DNA of 64,000 bases, taken from positions 21,911,144 to 21,975,143 of the forward strand of contig NC_092380.1 in assembly GCF_030028105.1 (NCBI RefSeq), in the 5' to 3' direction. Shown piece after piece: positions 33,501 to 48,500 of the stretch (position 1 is the stretch's first letter; each line of letters starts with the position of its first letter). The position numbers and the translations under genes are program-made. The DNA is from Mobula birostris (taxonomy: Eukaryota). Under the pieces are notes generated by a model. That model made no database searches. It had not been told where the DNA came from and saw only the letters and a list, made by a program, of their open reading frames with translations.

Positions 33501-36500
33501 TCGCCCACACCTACCCGTAGAAGGCTCGGTCCGGCTCTTGTTTCAGCATCTTGTAGAAATCTTCCAGTGCTTTCACCTCCCCAGCTGCCTGTTATGGGTG
33601 GGGGAGGAGAGGGGCAGGTTAAGTAGGTACAGAGAATATAGATGTAAGTGGGGCTGGGGGTGTGGGAAAGGGAAACCAAAGTGGATATCTACTTCAATTC
33701 CCCACTCCATCGATTCCCCTTCTTGAACTCCACCCTCCCTACCTGTCCTACCCCTCCTTCCTTCTCCCCCTTTCATTCTCTACCCTCCCCTCCTTCGCCC
33801 CCTTCTGTTCCACTCCAATCCCCCTTCTCTCCAGTCCCCTCTCCTTTTTTCCCCTCCCTCCTTCTTCCCTACTTTCTCCCCTCCTCAACCCCTCCCTTTT
33901 AAAAGGCTCCTTCCTTCTCCCTTCACTCCTCCTCCTCTCAACCTCTCCCCTCCCCCCCACTACCACTCCATTGTTGTCTCCTCCCTCCTTCTACCCCTTC
34001 TCTCATTCTCCCTCTCCTTCCCCCTCTGCTCCCTATCCTTTCCGCACACTGTCCGCAGAAACAATGATCACATGATCCCTCCTTTCACTTTCACTTCCAC
34101 ATTCCTTCAGCCTCTGATTCCGAGGGTATGGACTCATCAGTTAGTGAGGGAGGGATGTGGGGGAGGGGAGGGGTCTAGGTAAGGCAGGGAGTGATGGAAA
34201 TGGGAGGGGGTGTAGGGGAGGTAAGAGATCACAGAGACGACAAGGGAGTAGGGGAGGGAAGGAGTCACGGTGAAGAGGAGGGAGGGGGTCACGGAGATGG
34301 GGAGGTGTGTAGTTGTGGGTGGAATTAATAGAGATGGGGAGAGGTCACAGAGACGGGGGGTGTGTAGGGGAAGGAGGGTGTCAGAGATGAGGAGGTGTGT
34401 AGGGGAAGGAGGGTGTCAGAGATGAGGTGTGTAGGGGTGGGTAGGGTTCATGGAAAAGGGAGGTGGTGTAGGGGAAGGAGGGTGTCAGAGATGGGGAGGT
34501 GTGTAGAGGAGGGGGGGGCATAAGGAAGGGTGGCATTTATGGCAATGGGGGAGGGAGGGTTCACAAAGTCAGGGAGAGGATAACAGAGACCAAGCCCCAC
34601 ACCTCACCTTCGTGTTGGCCAGTCGTCCTGTCACGTTGGGGTCACAGAGTACCTCTGAGAAACAGAGTGGGAAGGATGAGAGGCACTGATTGAAATCTTT
34701 CAGCTCCCCGCACGCCACCCAAAGATTAGTTGACCTCACCTCTCCACCCACCCCCATACCCACTCCTGTCTGCGCAGACCCCCCTACCAAGGGGACTCAG
34801 CTCCTTTTGTTCCCATCTGCACATCGGACGCTATTTGGATCTTCCCAGCATTTATCGCTCATCCCTAATCACCCCCTTGGGAAGGTGGGAAATTGCCAGC
34901 ATTTATCACCCATCCTAATCACCCCCTTGGGAAGGCATGGAAATTGCCAGCATTTATCACCCATCCTAATCACCCCCTTGGGAAGGCATGGAAATTGCCA
35001 ACATTTATCACCCATCCCTAAGCATCCCCTCACGAAGGTGGGAAATTGTCTATGTTCATCATCCATCCCTAATCACCTCCGAGAAGGTGAATGTGAGCAC
35101 TGTTCCCGCTAAGCTGTGCTGGCACACGGCCACTCAGTAACGGAAATGCTCCCATGCACTTAGCCTTTGTTGCCGCGCAGCAAGTAAAAGTTTACAAAAC
35201 GTGAAAGCTTTTCTTGGTTGTACTGTATTCCATTACACCCTTCAAGTAATAAATAAAATAAAAAGTATGCGATTTTTCAATTTTCAATCCAATATTCATA
35301 GTATGCATATTACAAAAATATAGCACCACACTATTTTCAGGCAAAAACTTCCTGCTCAGAGCCATAACATGAGAAAATCTGCAGATGCTGGAAATTCAAG
35401 CAACACACACAAAATGCTGGTGAACGCGGCAGGCCAAACAGCATCTATAGGAAGAAGTACGGTCGACTTCTTATTTTGTTAATGAAGTCAACGAGCTCAG
35501 CATGCGTGCAGGAAGCAGCACCAATGCAGTTGTCGATGTAGCGAAGGAAAAGTGGGGGATGGATGCCAGTATAGGCTTGGAACATGGACTATTCCTGCCT
35601 GCCTTTTTGTTGGCTTTGTGGAACAGTCCATGTTCCAAGCCTATACTGGCATCTGTCCCCCACTTCTCCTTCGCTACATCGACAACTGCATTGGTGCTGC
35701 TTCCTGCACGCATGCTGAGCTCGTTGACTTCATTAACAAAATAAGAAGTCGACCGTACTTCTTCCTACAGATGCTGCCTGGCCTGCCGAGTTCACCAGCA
35801 TTTTGTGTGTGCTGCTCAGAGCCATGCTGGGTCCACGCAACTGTACTAAAAGTTAAAGGGAACGTTGAGTGTGAGCTGTCTGCTGTTTGTTCTGGTGTCG
35901 GGGCTCCAATGGCGCCGTTGATTGAGGGAGATCCAGGATTCAGTCCTGGCCACAGTGAAGCCGGTGAGAGAGGGTTGTGGGGTGTATGGGGAACCTGCAT
36001 GTGGTGCTGGCCAGGAGAGGCACGAGGTTTGGGTGAGCGACCGCAGTGTGTTGAACCAATGGAGGGAGGTGGTGTTTTGGGGGGGGGGGGGGTAGGAAGC
36101 CGATCAAGCATGCACCTGAACGGCACCGAGCTTCCCGAGAGTTGTTGGACCTAGGGGAGTGTTCTGTCACACTCCTAACATGTAGATGGGGGAGAGGTAA
36201 TGTGGCAGATGGGGAATGCATGGACGAAACCCACTCAGGAAAGTAGGGAGTGACATGTAGATGGGGGAGAGGTAACGTGGCGGATGTGGAATGCATGGAC
36301 TAACCCCAATTAGAAGGCTCACCTTTAAGGGCGTACTTGTGCCCAGAGGAGGAGTGAACCTGTAGGAACTTGGAGCGGTTGTCGAGGATGAGCCGGAGAT
36401 CGGATTTCACTGCCTGGTCAAACATGTAATTGCAGAAGTGTTCTTTGACGAAACCAGGGCTGGCAATCAACACGCACTTCACCACTGAGGTGTGGGGGAG

Positions 36501-39500
36501 AGAGGGAACAGCGTGTCAGAGTCTGGGGAGGGAGAGAAAAGGGGGAAGAGAGAGGGGCCAGAGAGAAGGTAGGGTGAGAGAGGGGAAAAGCGGGGGAGAA
36601 AGAGGGGAGAGGCAGGGGTGAGAAAGGGGGAAGGGATAGAGGTAGGGGAGAGGGGTGAGAGATGGGGAGAAAGGGGAGAGAGGGAAGAGAATAAGGAAAG
36701 GAGGAGTGGGACAGATGGGAGTGGAAGATATAGGAGAAGAGGGAGAGTGGGGGATGGGGGAAGGAGAGGTGGTGGGAGGTGGGGAAAGAGAGGGTTAGAG
36801 AGAGAAGGCTGGGGAGAGGAAATGAGTAGGGAAGGGTGGGGACAGAGAGTGAGGAGGGGGTACGGGGAGAGAGAGAGGGAGGGTGGGGGAGAGAGGGGAG
36901 GAGAGGGTGAGGGAGGGGGAGAGAGGGGAATAGGGGTGAGAGGGAAATGGAGGAGAGGGAATGTGATAGAAGAGGGTGGAGAGAGGGGAACAGGGGTGGG
37001 GGGAGAGAGGGGAATAGGGGAGGGGGAATGTGATGGAAGGGAGGGTGGAGAGGACACCCACCATCGAAGTTGATGTGTCGAATGATCCCCTGCATGACGG
37101 ACTCGTAGAACCTCTCCAGGGCCTAGAACAGAGTGTGGTCAGCAGGTCAGTGAGTGAATGTCCACTCCCCAAGCCCACCATGGGTATCAAAAACCATCTT
37201 CACCCTTCCCCTCTCTTCTCCAAGTCCAGGCATTGAACACACCGTCCTCTCCCCGCTTGGGACCTCTCCCCACCTCCACTCCGGAACCAGGTGTAAGACA
37301 CACCTTTCTCTTCCTTAACTCCTTTGGGACTAGGCATCGGACACACCACCCTCTCACACCCCCTTGGGATCAGGTGCTGGCCACACCGTCCTCTCCCCAC
37401 CTCTGGAACTGCGTACCGGACACACCATCCTCCTCCCTCCTGCTGGGACTGGGTGTCAGACACCGCTCTCCTCCCCCACCATCACCCCACCACCTCACCT
37501 TGTCGTGCTGAGAACAGCTGCCTTTCCGTTTCCTGGGGATCGTGCTCTCCACCTTGGCCCTCAGCACCGTCATACAGGACGTCACCAAGCAGATGTGCGC
37601 CAGACCCTCCTGCATCACCACAGCCGCCACATCTGCATTTTGCGCTGGGTCACATGCCTGTTCTGCAGCCAATGAGAAGAGAGGAGACGGGTGAGAACAC
37701 ATTGCCCAGGCAGCTCCCTCACCCCAGTGTTGCCTCTCTGAACATCCTGGAGGCTCGGCATGGGACATCCCAATTTGTCAAACACCTTCCCCTGCCACCT
37801 TCCTGAAATTCGGAGATCAGAACTCTGGGAAGTTCCCCTAGTGAGGTTGTCCTAAGGTTAGGAGCTCGAGGAGATTTGGTTTGTCACCGAACACAAACAA
37901 ACTTCTACAGATACACTGTTGGAAGTGTCCTCACTGGTTGCATCATGGTCTGGTACGGCAATCTGAATGTGCAGGAACGTTAGAAGCACAGGGAGTAGAG
38001 GACCACATCCCTCCCTAACCGTCGGTAGTATCTTCAGGAGGTACTGCCTCAAAAAGGCAACATCTACCATCAAAGGTCTCCAACGTTCGGGCTTTGTCAT
38101 CTCCCTACAGCTCCCACTGGGCAGGAGGTACAGAAGCCTGAAGTTCCACAGCAACAGGTTCAGGATCAGCAACTTCCCTTCAACCAGCAGGTTCTTGACC
38201 CCAATCACAACCCTGATCACCAGCGCAGTAAAACAACACTATCGTGTGCTATCATGGACTTTGCCTTTGATCTAACTGTGTTCTTTGTGTAGAAAATAAA
38301 TGTTTATGAGATGATTGAGAAGTGCAGATAGAGTAGTTGTCTGGTATCTCTTTCCCAGGTTTGAAATGTCTAATAATTGAGAGCATCCGTTTAAGGTGTG
38401 AAGGGGATAAGTTCAAAGGAGGTGCTTGGAGAACTTTTTTTTTACACAGAGAGTGGCAGGTACCTGGAATGAGCTCCAAGGGTGGTGGGGGTGGTGGAGA
38501 CAGATACCACAGACGCACATGGACACCTAGATAAAATTTGGCATGTCCTCTTTGACCCTTACCGATTTTTAAATCGGTGCACTACAGAAAGCTCCTACTC
38601 AGATGTATCAGGACTTGGTACAGTAACTCTTCTGCCCGTCACCAAAAGAAACTGCAGAGGGTGGTAGACACAGTGGACCCTGTCTACACTTCCCACTGCC
38701 TCGGTGAAGCAGTCAGCAGAATCAATGACTCGTCCCAGTCCGGACATTCTCCCTTCTCCCTCCCACTGGGCAGAAGATAAAAACGCCTGAAATCACATCC
38801 CGGCATGCTAAAGGATAGCTTCTACCACTGGGCAAGAGATTCAAGAGTCTTCAGTCACACACTGCCAGGTTCAGGAACAGTTGTTACCCCACAACCATCA
38901 GGATCCTGAACCAGCATGGATAACTTCACTCACCTCTACTCCACAACCTACAGACTCCAATGGATTCACTTTCAAAGACTCTGTGACTCATTCTCAACAT
39001 TATTCATTTACTTTTTACTATTTTCATGATTTGTCTTCTTTTGCACATTGTCTCTCAGTCTTTGTTATGCACAGTTTTTCACAAGTTCTATTGTTTTTCT
39101 TTACTTTCCTCTACATGCTTGCAAGAAAATGAATCTCAAGGTAGCATATAAGACCACAGGACATAGAAGCAGAATTAGGCCATTCAGCCCATCGAGTCTG
39201 CTCCACCATTTCCCTATCAACCCCATTCTGCTGCCTTCTCCCCATAACCTTCAAAGCCCTGACTAATCAAGAACCTATCAACCCCTGCCTTCAATACACC
39301 CAATGACCTGGCCTCCACAGTGCCTGTGGTAAAGAGTTCCACAGATTCACCACCCTCTGGCTAAAGAAATTCCTCATCATCTCTGTTCTAAATGGATGTC
39401 CCTCTTTTCTGCGGCTGTGCCCTCTGGTCCTAGACTCCCCCAGCGTAGGAAACATCCTCTCCACGTCCACTCTATCTACACCTTCCAATATTCGATAGGT

Positions 39501-42500
39501 TTCAATGAGATCTCTCCTCATTCTTCTAAATTCCAGTGAGTATGGTGGCATAAGCATTAATAATAAATTTAAACTTACTTTCATTTTTACCCCGCAGTTA
39601 TATTTTATTGAATGATCTGCTAGTTACGATAAGACGGACTTTTCACTTCACAATCTACCTCACTGTGGTCCTTGCACCTTATTGTCTGCCTGTACTGTGC
39701 TCCCTCTCTGCAACTGTTAAATAGTTTTCCATTTTATTACCTTGATTTGTATGGACATTGTGGAGGGTGAAGGGATTAGCTTAGTGAGGCATTTAATTAG
39801 TTGAGCCCTCTATGATACGCAAACTAATTTATGTATAATTTAAAAACACAAACACGAGGAATTCTGCAGATGCTGGAAATTCAAGCAACATGCATCAAAG
39901 TTGCTGGTGAACGCAGCAGGCCAGGCAGCATCTCTTCCTAGGAAGAGGTACGGTCGACGTTTCGGGCCGAGACCCTTTGTCAGAAACCATAACAATACAG
40001 AATAATTTGAACAGCTACAGAGAAAGTGAGGTGCAGATAAACAATAAGTTCAAAGTAAATTTATTATCAAAGTACATATATGTCACCATATACAACCCTA
40101 AGATTTGTTTTCTTATGGGCAAACTCAATAAATCTATAGAATAATAACCACAACAGAATCAATGAAAGACCGCACCAACTTGAGTGTTCAAACAGTGGCG
40201 AGAGACAACAGACTGTGTAGATACAAAAAAGAAAGAAACAATAAGAAGAAGAAGAAATAAGAAATTAAAATCAAGAACATAAGACGAAGAGTCCCTGAAA
40301 GTGAGTCTGTAGGTTGTGGGAACATTTCAATGATGGGGCGAGTGAAGTTATCCCCTTTGGTTCAAGAGCCTGATGGTGAGGGGTTCCCCCCTCCTACTCT
40401 CAATCCACAATAGAGACCCAGATCAGAATCGGGTTTATGATCACTCTTGGAATTTGTTTTGGTGGTAGCAGTAGAACAATAACTGTTCCTGAACCTGGTG
40501 GTGTGAGTCCTGAGGCTCCTGTACCTTCTTTCTGATGGCAACAGCAAGAAGAGAGAATGTCCTGGGTGGTGGGGGTCCCTGATGATGGATGCTGCTTTCC
40601 TGCGATAGTGTTTCACGTAGATGCGTTCAACGGTGGGGACAGCTTTACCCATGGTGGACTGGGCCGTATCCACTACTTTTTGTAAGATTTTTCCGTTCAA
40701 GAGTATTGGTGTTTCTATATCAGGTGATGCAGCCAATCAATATACTCTCCACTTTATATAGGCATCCACTTGTCTCGTGAGACCATGGATTTGTGCCTTG
40801 GAAGGTTTCCAGGGCACAGGCCTGGGCAAGGTTGTATGGAAGACTGGCAGTTGCCCATGCTGCAAGTATCCCCTCTCCATGCCACTGATGTTGTCCAAGG
40901 GAAGGGCATTAGGACCCATACAGCTTGGCACAGGTGTCGTCACAGAGCAATGTGTGGTTAAGTGCCTTGCTCAAGGACACAACACGCTGCCTCAGCCTAG
41001 GCTCGAACTAGCGACCTTCAAATCACTAGACGAATGCCTTAACCACTTGGCCACGCGCCAACACTCTCCACTACTCATCTATAAAAGTTTGCCAAAGTTG
41101 TAGATGTCATGCTGAATCTTTGCAAACTCTTAAAGTAGAGGTTCTGCCGTGCTTTCTCATAATTACTCTTATGTGCTGGGCCAAGGACAGTTCCTCCAAA
41201 ATAACACTGAGGAATTTAAAGGTGCTAACTCTCTCCACCTCTGATGAGGACTGGCTCATGGACCTCTGGATTCTTCCTCCTGAAGTCAATAATCAGCTCC
41301 TTGGTCTTGCTGACATCGAGTGAGAGGTTGTTGATATGGCACCACTCAGCCAGATTTTCAATCTCCTTCCTATATGCTGATTCATCACCACCTTTGATTT
41401 GGTCTACAACAGTGGTGTTGTCAGCAAACTTGAATATAGCACTGGAGCTGTGCTGAGCTAGACAGTTTAAAGTGAACAGAGCAGGGGGCCAAGCATAGAG
41501 CCTTGTGTTACACCTGTGCAGATGGAGATCGTGGAGGAGATAGTGTTGCCAATCTGAACTGACTGGTTTCTGCAAGTGAGGAAATCCAGAATCCAACTGC
41601 ACAAGCAGAAATTGAGTCCAAGGTCTAGAAGCTTATTGAATAATTTTGAGGGGATGATGATATTGAATGCTGAGCTGTAGTCGATAACAGCATCCCGATG
41701 TATTATCTTTTTTGTCCAGATATTCTAGACTTGGGCGAAGAACAAATGAGATGGTGTCTGCTGTAGACCTGTTGCTCGATAGGGAAATTGGAGCAGATCT
41801 CAGTCATTTTTCAGGCAGGGGTTGGTAAGTTTCATTACCAACCTCTCAAAACACTTCGTCACTGTGGATGTAAGTGACGTTCCTCTTGGGCACCAGTGTA
41901 ACTGAAGCCTGCTTGAAGCAGATGAGTACCTCAGATCACCAAAGCGAGAGGTTAAAGATCTCAGTGAACACTCCAGTCAGTTATCAGTGTAGGTCTTGAG
42001 TATTTGGCCGGTTATCTCACCTGGGCTGGATGCCTCCCATGGGTTCACTCTCCTGAGTCCTGAGACTGAAATGACAGGGTTATTGGGGGCTGCGGGACCT
42101 TGTCATGGTTCATCCATGTTTTGACAGTCAAAGGCATTGAGCTCATCTGGAAATGAAGGCCAGCCATCATCTATATCACTTGATTTAACTTTATAAGAGA
42201 TGATAGCATTCAAGCCCTGGTACAACTGTTGAGCACCCTTTGTTGATTCAGGTTCAGTCCGAAATTGCCACTTTGCCCTTGAGATGGCTTTCCGGAGATC
42301 ATACCTGGACCTCTTATAACTTTCTTGGTCATCTTACTCGAATGTCTCTGATCTGACCCTCAGCAGATTGCGCATCTCATAGTTCCTCCAGGGCTTTTGA
42401 TTGGGGTAGATGCTGAACGATATTGTGGGGGCACACTCATCTACAACTGTTTTAATAGAAGTCCACAGGTGAGTCCTTCAACACGGCCCTGTCCACCGAC

Positions 42501-45500
42501 TCGAAACAATCCGTAGTTGCTCCTTGGCCTCTCATGACCACCTCTTCCTCGTCCTGATCCCCGGAGCCTTGCTCTTTAGCGACTGCCTATATGCAGGTAG
42601 AAGGACAACCAAGTGATCCGATTTACCGAAATGCAGTCTGGGCATGGAAAGGTAGGCATTCTGTATCTTAGTATAACAGTGATCTAGTGTGTGCTATAGG
42701 TTATATGCTGATGGTGACTGGGCAGGGATCTGGCTGAAGTCCCTGACTATGATTTGAAATGTGTAGGGATGGACTGTTTCTTGTTTGGAGATGCATCATG
42801 CACTTGATTATAGTCAGCCACTGGTGGTATGTCAACAGCGGTCAGGATTATGGAGCAGAGCTCCCAGGGTAAATAGAATAGACAGCATTTGACCGTTAGG
42901 TGTTCGACAAAACCACCACATCGGAGCACACACCTCCACCTTTTACCTTTTCTGAATCAGCATTTCAGTCCATATGGAAAATCGACAAGCCTCCTAGTTT
43001 GATCGCTGAACCTGGTGTGCTAGGAGGTAGCCATGAATCACTCAGACACAGAATACAACAGTCTCTCATTTCCCTCCGACGCAGCAATCTTGCCATCAGG
43101 TCCTCAGTTTTGTTCTCCAGCGACTACACGTTTGCTGAGATGCTGGATCCAGGGGGCCTCATTCCTCTGCGTTTCAGCCGAGTTCGGAGTCCTTCCCCCC
43201 ACCCCACCCCCCCACCCCCACCAGCCATGGCGGTGAACCTGTGTCCATTTAAAAGTGCTGTGCTTGCCTGGTCTGCTGAGACTTTCATGAAATCTGTAGA
43301 TCATTAAGTTGATTTTAAAGCACATTGCTTAGAGGCGCATTGCAGGGAGAGTAATTCAAAAGAGGTATATATTGAAGGGAATGTAGACATATTGTCCACA
43401 ACCCACACAGCATCACTGTGGTTCACTGGCACCAGTACAAGAGCCACGGTGAGGTCAAAAGTCGTATCTGTCTAGGGAACCGTCCAAAGGACTTCTAACA
43501 GCGGGGTCGAAGCTACTGGTAGTGCTTTCAAGTTTTTGTATCCTCGCCCCGATGGGGGGGGGGGGGAGAAGAGAGAATGTCTGGGGTGAATGGGATCTTT
43601 GACAATGCTGACTGCTTTACTGAGAAGTGGAGACAGAGTCCGATGCTCTGTGATTGTGATGCTGCGGAAAGTAAGTTTCTCATGGCACCTGTGCACACAC
43701 AGACACGTGCAAATGACAGTAAACTCCACTTTGCTTTCCAACACCCCATACAGTCGTAACCTTAAGACGTGCACACTCAAGCCCCAGCATATCTCACAAC
43801 TCAGGAGAACAAAAGTCCACAGTTCCCCAAGTCTCCGATGTCCCAGATCAAGAGAAACACGCTGTAGTGGAATGTCCCCAAAGGAAGGGGGAGAAGCAGA
43901 CAGTGAGAGGGGATGACGGGGAGGAAGGAAGAGAGGCGGGTAGGGTGAGCAAGAGGGAGAGGTGGGGGAGGTAAGCAAGAGAGAGGGAGGAGGGGTGAGT
44001 ATGACAGAGGGGTGTGAACTATAGAGAGAGAGAGGGAGAGAAGGGATGATCAAGAGACAGAGTGGAATAGAGGGAGTGAGTGGGTTGGACGAGAGATAGA
44101 AAGAGATAAGTCAGAAAGACAGTACGGTGGACCAAGAGAGAGGAGGCACAGGTTAGAGGGAGGGGGAGGGTGAGAGAGTTGAGGGGGAGAGGGGAGAAAG
44201 GGAGCAGCAATGTTGGGAAATGGAGTAAGGGGGGGGAGTGTGGAAGGGGGAGTGAGGGAGTGGCAGGGAGGTGGAGGAGAGAAAGCATGGGGTCTGTCTC
44301 AAAGTGCAAAGAGTGAGGACATTGGCACTGCCGAACTGCCAGTGGGAATGACTGCAGGAACCCCTATCCCCAGCCGCCTCACAGCTGACTCACCAATCCG
44401 CTCCAAAACCACACTGTCCCACTGCTTCTTGGCCAGCGTGAACTTCCGGTTCATCTCCAGCTCGATGGTGTGGTAGGCACCCATCTGTGTGTGGGTGGGG
44501 AGGAAGGGGAAGGTACACACTCATTCAAGTCAGCTGCGACTCAGGAGATCTGTTAACCTATATATGGTGCCTATAAAAAGTTTTCAACCTGCCTCCACCC
44601 CCCCCCCCCCCCGCCGTAAGTTTTCATATTTTATTGTTTAACAACATTGAGTCACTGTGGATTTGATTTGGCCTTTTTTGACACTGATCAACAGAAAAAG
44701 ACTCTTTAGTGTCAAAGTGAAAACAGATCTTTACAAAGTGATCTAAATTAATTACAAATACAGGTGTCCCCTGCTTTATGAATGTTCGCTTTACGCCACT
44801 TCGCTTTTACGAAAGACCTACATTAGTCCCTGTTTTCGCTAACCGAAAGAAGGATTTTGCTTTTATGAAAAAAGACGCCTGCTTTAAACTTGTGTTTACC
44901 CTGAGAAAGACTACCGTGACCGTGAAGCCTTTCGCGGGCAGGTGTGTGCGCATGCGTGTACGTGCTGATTTTTTTCTACAACTTGGTTTTGGCTCAATCT
45001 TCCGGATTCTGTTAAGTGAAACTACACTGTACATACATTATTTCTACTTTATACAGACTGTGTATTTATCATATCATTCCTGCTTTTACTATATGTTACT
45101 GTTATTTTAGGTTTTATGTGCTATTTGGTAATGATTTGGTAGGTTATTTTTTTGGGTCTGGAAACGCTCAAAAAATGATCCCATATAAATTAATGGTAAT
45201 TGCTTCTTCGCTTTACGCCATTTCGGCTTACGAACGGTTTCATAGGAACGCTACCTTTGGATAGTGGGGGAAACCTGTATAAAACACAAAATAATTGAAT
45301 GCTTAAGTATTCACCTGTTTTAATATGACACTCCAAATCATCACTGGTGCAGCCAATTGGTTTTAGAAGTCACTTAATTAGCTAAATGGAGATCATCTGT
45401 GTGCAGTCAAGGTGTTTCAATTGACTGTAGTAAAATTACACCTGTATCTAGAAGGTTCAAATGTTGGTGAAATTATCCTGGCAAAAACTACACTGCAAAG

Positions 45501-48500
45501 ACAAAGTAACTCTGGAAAAAGGTTATTGAAAAGCACAAGTTAGGAGATGGATACAAGAAAAATTCCAAGTCACTGAATATCCTTTGCAGTTAAGTCAATC
45601 ATCAAGAAATGGAAGGAAATTGGCCCAGCTATAAATCTGCCTACAGCAGGCTGTCCTCAAAAACTGAGTGACCGTGCAAGAAGGGGACTAGTGAGGGAGG
45701 CCACCAAGAGACCTATGACAACTGGAGTTACAAGCTTCAGTGGCTGAGATGGAAGAGACTGCACATACAACAACTGTTGCCTGGGTGCTTCACCAGTTAC
45801 AGCTTTATGGCAGAGTGGCAAGAAGAAAGCCACTGTTGAAAAAAACCTCACATGAAATCTTGGCTAGAGTTTGCAAGAAGGCATGTGAGAGACTATGAAG
45901 TCAGTTGGAAGAAGGTTCTTATGGTCTGGTGAAACCAAAATTGAACTTTTTGACCATCAGACTATCCACTATGTTTGGCGTAAAAACACAGCACATCGTC
46001 AAAAACACAGCATGCTTACCCTGAAGTATGCTGCATCATGCTGTGGGGATGCTTCACTACAGCAGGCCCTGAATGGCTTGTGAAGGTAGAGGGCAAAATG
46101 AATGCAACAAAATACCAGGAAATCCTGGAGGAAAACCTGATGCAGTCTGCAAGAAAACTGCAACTTGGGAGATTTGTTTTCTAGCAAAACAATGACCCCC
46201 ATGCATAAAGAAAAAGCTACATAGGAATGGCTTAAAAACAACGAATTTAATGTCCTGGAGTGGCCAAGTCAGAGTCCAGGACTCAATCCAATTGAGAATT
46301 TGTGTCTGGACTTGAAAAAGGCTGTTCACTCACTATTCCCATGCAATCTGACAGAGCATGAGCAGTCTTGTAAAGAAGAATGAGGTAAATTGCAGGGTGC
46401 AAAGCTGATAGAAACCTATCCACACAAACTCGAGGCTGTCATTGCTGCCAAAGTATCTATTAAGCACTGACTTGAAGGGGGTGAGTAATTATACAATCAA
46501 TTATTTTGTGTTTAATAATTGTAATAAATTTAGACCAATTTGTAGAAATTTGCTTTCACTTTCTCATGAAAGAGTTCTTTCCCCCCGTTGATTACTGTCA
46601 AAAAGTCACTGTGATTTGATGTTGTAAAACAATAAAACATGAAAACTTCTAAGGAGGGTGAATACTTTTTATAGGCACTGTATAAACCACCCTCAAATCT
46701 CTGGATTAGATCCCAGCCTGTAATCTACTCCCAGGGATCTGTTTGTTATTCTATATATAAATCCCCCAACCCCTGGATCAGATCTCAGCCTATAACCCTG
46801 TCTGTATCTTGTTTTACGGCAGTTGGCCTCCAGTTTAATGGTGCATTACCGCCACCCTCTGCTCCAGAATGTGCACTAGACATACATTCTAAATTCCTTC
46901 ACCCAAGCACGCACGCACACGCACACACACACCCTATATCCCTCCCTCAGGGATGTTATTTTACATATAACTCCCCGCCCCCCCCCCCCCCAAGCCTCTG
47001 GAATAAATCCCAGCCTATAACCCACTCCCAGGAATCTGTTATTCTATATATAAATCTCCGAACCCCTGGATTAGATCCCAGCTTGTAACTCACTATCTAT
47101 CATTCTATTTATCACCCCCACCCCGGATCAAATCCGATCTTGCAGCTCATTCCGGGGAGCCCATGATCCCAGTGCCCACTCACCTTCACATACTCGTTCT
47201 CCTGGATGTTGGTCCCTTTCACTCTCAGCATGCATGCCTGGACGTCAAAGTCGATGTTCTCCACGCAGATGGTGAGGGTCGTGCGGACGCGATTACTGCC
47301 TACGCTGCCCGTCGCCGATTCCGTCTGCACCTTCCTGGGGGAGAGGGGATTTAACGAGACCATGCGGGTCAGTCACAGGCTCCAGTTCTGCCCTCTTGAC
47401 CCTCAGGCGAAGACCCAGAGGACTGGAGAGTCAGTGGCATTAGTCCTGTCTTTCACCCCACCATTCTCTTTCTTCCCATCTTCCCAGAAGATCATGATGG
47501 GACAGTGCGGGAGGAGCTCCCTACTGAATTCGTATATAAATCTCTTGAAGATGTCTTCAATTGTGGGGAGGAGGAAAGTGGCTGTACTGTTCTGCGGTGT
47601 CCCGGACAGTGGGCTCAGAGAGAGAACTCATCTGGTTAAATATCCGTGGCAGACATTAGGGAAAGGATCATAAAACACAGGAGCAGAATTAGACCATTTG
47701 GCCTGTCGAGTCTGCTCCCCCATTCAATAATGACTGGAGAACCCATTCTCCCACCTTCTTCCCATAATGCTTAACCCTCACCCCACCACCTTTACTAGTC
47801 AAAAACCTATCGACTGCTACTTTAAATACACCCAGCGACTCGGAGTCCCCCACCCCTTGTGGCAACAAATTCCACAGATATAGCACCCTCTGGCTGAAGT
47901 AGTTCACCCTCACCCCCGTTCTAAATGGATGTCCCCCCATTCTGAAGCTGCACCCTCGGATCCCAGACTCTCCTTCTGATGGAGACGCCCACTCTACCCA
48001 GGCCTTTCAACATCCGGGAGGTTTCAGAAGAATTCCCCCTTCCTTTATCCTTCCGAACTCTGTAATCTACATCAAACGCTCCTCAAACATTAACTCTTTC
48101 ATCCCTGGGATCATTCCTGTGAAGTTCCTCTGGACTCTCTCCAGGGTTCACACATCCTTCCTTGGATATAGGGCTCACACTACTCCAAATACGGTCTGAC
48201 CTTGTGAAGAGTGAACATGGAACACAGAACAGTGCAGGATTATAAAGTTGTATCGACCTTTAAGCCAACTTCAAACCCAATCTAATGCTTCCCTACCACG
48301 TAGCCCTCCATTTTACTTTCATTCACGTGCCTGTTTTCTGGCAAGATGGTGCTGCGCCTGGACTGCGAGCTGCACTTGTGTGGACAGTGTTGCCGCTGGC
48401 TACAGAGAGACGTTGGAGTCGATGCGCGAAGGCAGTGTGCATTCTAGCAGCAGGTGATCGTCTTAGTCGCTTTTCTTGTGATCGCAGTGGTAATGTGGAA

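Noticed and set aside
35471-35744. Two near-identical 80-aa ORFs on opposite strands
   Set aside because: Antisense readings of the two palindrome arms, not a gene pair.
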